Origin: Catajapyx aquilonaris
Lineage: Eukaryota
Assembly: GCA_000934665.2 (NCBI GenBank)
Contig: JYFJ02002673.1
Span: 1-52,839, forward strand
Direction: 5' to 3'
DNA length: 52,839 nucleotides
In this document: one piece after another, positions 50,439-52,839 of the stretch
How positions within the stretch are numbered: the first letter of the stretch is position 1
Layout: the number at the start of each line of letters is the position of its first letter
Program-made: the position numbers and the translations under genes
Notes under the pieces: model-generated
The model's database searches: none
Told to the model about the DNA's origin: nothing
What the model saw: the letters and a program-made list of their open reading frames with translations, nothing else

Positions 50439-50770
50439 TTCTGTTGCACGGTGCATATAAAAATATGTAGAGCATGTGACCAATCCCATCGTTAGCCTGC
50501 TTTTACAGGGGAACCCCCTGCTCCAACATACTGTTTATATAGTATTGCCACTTGCCAGACACTGCAATTGAAAACAATCGAAACAAAAATGAGGAAAATG
50601 TGCCTTTTCAATAGCCTTCACATGAATTTCGATTTTCAGGCAAATGTCAAGTTTGGAAAGGACTCATGTGAAAACCTTGCCTTATACTGGCATAGCAACC
50701 AGATCATGCATTTCTAAAAACTGGTCGATCTCGACTACACCGGCATGCCGGTTTAAGAGAGGTAATACGG
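50439..50770 (-). mobile_element. Truncated second copy of the 28705-29244 MITE
   Basis: Reverse complement aligns with 28705-29062; ends GAGAGGTAATACGG|TA. Confidence 0.85.
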
Positions 50771-51797
50771 TACTATTGGTCTCACTTGTCAGTAGATTTT
50801 CTGTGTTTGCACATTCCCCTTAAACAGAGAAGTGGGTGGTGAAAGCATAGAGCCAAATGAGAATTTCAAACCTTACTTCGCCACGCAGCCAATTCTTAAC
50901 TATACATACCTAAAACGAAATGAACCAGTCCACATCTGTTATGATTTGTGGATTGTGGAGTGAGGTACTGCACTGAATGATGAGATTCTCTGTGGTGACA
51001 CTTCCATTTGGTAACTCCGGAAGAAAAATATAGTTGTTTCATTGGTGGGACTATTTAGTGAAGGAAACATTAGGATCCCAACAGAACCACACAGACAGTA
51101 TGGAAAATATCCACCAAAATCCTTTGCCAAGCTTTTTCCACATGAGAAAGTCCAGTTTCACATGGGCGTAGAACACAGGACCTCAGGTGAATGGCTGTGG
51201 CACGGATCACTACAAAGCTGCCACCCAAAATCCTGTAATTTGCATGGGGGAAGGAAGGATTATTATTATTATTATCATCATCATTATTACTTTTTTTAAA
51301 TTTGCTACCCTGTGCTGGAGCCATTGGTTCCCTTAGGGGGGTGGAATATCACCAATTATTCTTACGAATTTTTCTTTCGCATTTTTCTCTCCGGTGCATG
51401 TGTTGTCATTATGTGTGGGTCGCAGTGCCGTGTTTTGTGGGGGGGTTGGGGGGTGAAGACCCCCCCCACGTTTCGCCAATTAGGGGGCGCAATCAGCAAA
51501 GGGGGGCGAAAAAAGCAGTCTCGACTGAGGACCACGGCCAGGGCGCATATTTCAAAATGGACATGATCACTGAGTAGGGGGGGATATTGATGAGCGCCCA
51601 ACAAGTCATCAAAGCCAATTGTCATAGCCAATTTCATTGTGAAGAACAATCTTCAAGAGGTTTTTCCAAATTCACTGACAACCTACATTCTTCTATTGAC
51701 TGTACCAGTCTCTATTGCAGCGGTTCTCAAANGGTTGCAAGACAACCACCAAGCTGTGGGTCAGAGACCCTCGCTGACACCGCACCTCCCCATGAAT

Positions 51798-51956
51798 GGG
51801 AAGAAGGGCTGTGGCCTATTGTTTATGGAAGCGACCCCGGAATTTTCCTGGGAGGACTGTGGGAAACCACAGAAAACCACGGTCTGGATCGCCAGCCCCG
51901 GGGCTCGAACCCAGGACCTCCCGATTAGCAGTCAGACGCCTTAACCCTGCTTCGGT
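51798..51956 (-). mobile_element. SINE family C, copy 2 (partial)
   Basis: GGCTGTGGCCTATT...GTGGGAAACCACAGAAAACCACGGT...CGAACCCAGGACCTCCCGATTAGCAGTC is shared with 48270-48430. Confidence 0.85.
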
Positions 51957-52140
51957 GGGGGAAGAAACGGTTAAGGGCATCTTGGCTAGTGCAATTAAAC
52001 AATAGCATGTAATAGTAGATCAGTAATAAAAATAGTGCAAAGGGTCTTCATCCGTTTAATGATTAATTTTTAAAGCCTCTGTGCTTTAATACACCACTCC
52101 TTAGTTCATTTCAGCAAAAAGACGTGGCAACAGGCATTTT

Positions 52141-52839
52141 AATCTTGACATTTTAAACCAAAACAGGTGTTTACATATGGAATGCAAACATTCTCACACA
52201 GTAATCATTTCTGACACCGCTTTTTACCTCCAGTCTTATGCATGTGAATTTTATCCTTATGTAATCCGTAAGTAATCTTGACGTTTTAAACCAAAACAGA
52301 TGTTTACATATGGAACGCAAATATTCTCACACAGTAATCATTTCTGACACCGCTTTTTACCTCCAGTCTTATACATGTGAATTTTATCCTCATAATTTTA
52401 TCCATAAGTAATCTTAACATTTTAAACCAAAACAGGTGTATTCTCACACAGTAATCATTTCTGACACCGCTTTTTTCCTCCAGTCTTATACATGTGAATT
52501 TTATCCTCATAATGTTATCCTGAAGTAATCGTAACATTTAAACCAAAACAGGTGTTTACATATGGAACGCAAACATTCTCACACAGTAATCATTTCTGAC
52601 ACCGCTTTTTACCTCCAGTCTTATACATGTGAATTTTATCCTCATAATGTTATCCATAAGTAATCTTAACATTTTAAACCAAAACAGGTGTATTCTCACA
52701 CAGTAATCATTTCTGACACCGCTTTTTTCCTCCAGTCTTATACATGTGAATTTTATCCTTATGTAATCCGTAAGTAATCTTGACGTTTTAAACCAAAACA
52801 GATGTTTACATATGGAACGCAAATATTCTCACACAGTAA
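52141..52839. repeat. Tandem repeat/satellite with alternating 133-135 and 117-nt units, truncated by the window end
   Basis: ATTCTCACACAGTAA recurs at 52190, 52323, 52440, 52575, 52692 and 52825. Confidence 0.95.

Noticed and set aside
52304..52822. Repetitive ORFs, or a CRISPR-like array, in the terminal repeat
   Set aside because: Units are contiguous tandem copies with no unique spacers, and the ORFs are by-products of the satellite.

Overview
Eukaryotic, metazoan genomic DNA, probably from an arthropod (the species cannot be determined from sequence alone). One gene can be fully reconstructed by hand: SRP68 (signal recognition particle subunit 68) on the minus strand. It has 11 coding exons between 47306 and 32910, a 1785-nt CDS (594 aa plus stop), and all introns are GT-AG with consistent phases. 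Its long introns and flanks are packed with short, often nested mobile elements: TIR elements (Tc1/mariner and pogo-like, piggyBac, hAT, PIF/Harbinger, Chapaev3-like, possibly MULE) and at least four tRNA-headed SINE types. A dimeric satellite runs off the right end. The first ~32 kb has no recognisable intact gene, only transposon relics, palindromes and one dense transcription-factor motif cluster. I cannot demonstrate a new multi-gene system. The two best leads are both in SRP68 intron 1. (1) A near-perfect 746-bp fold-back built from two inverted copies of the 5' end of a mariner-type transposon, a Mu-killer-like architecture. (2) The intron itself, which has a U12-like/very weak donor and a piggyBac MITE inserted into its likely branch point. 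Almost all entries in the supplied ORF track are spurious.
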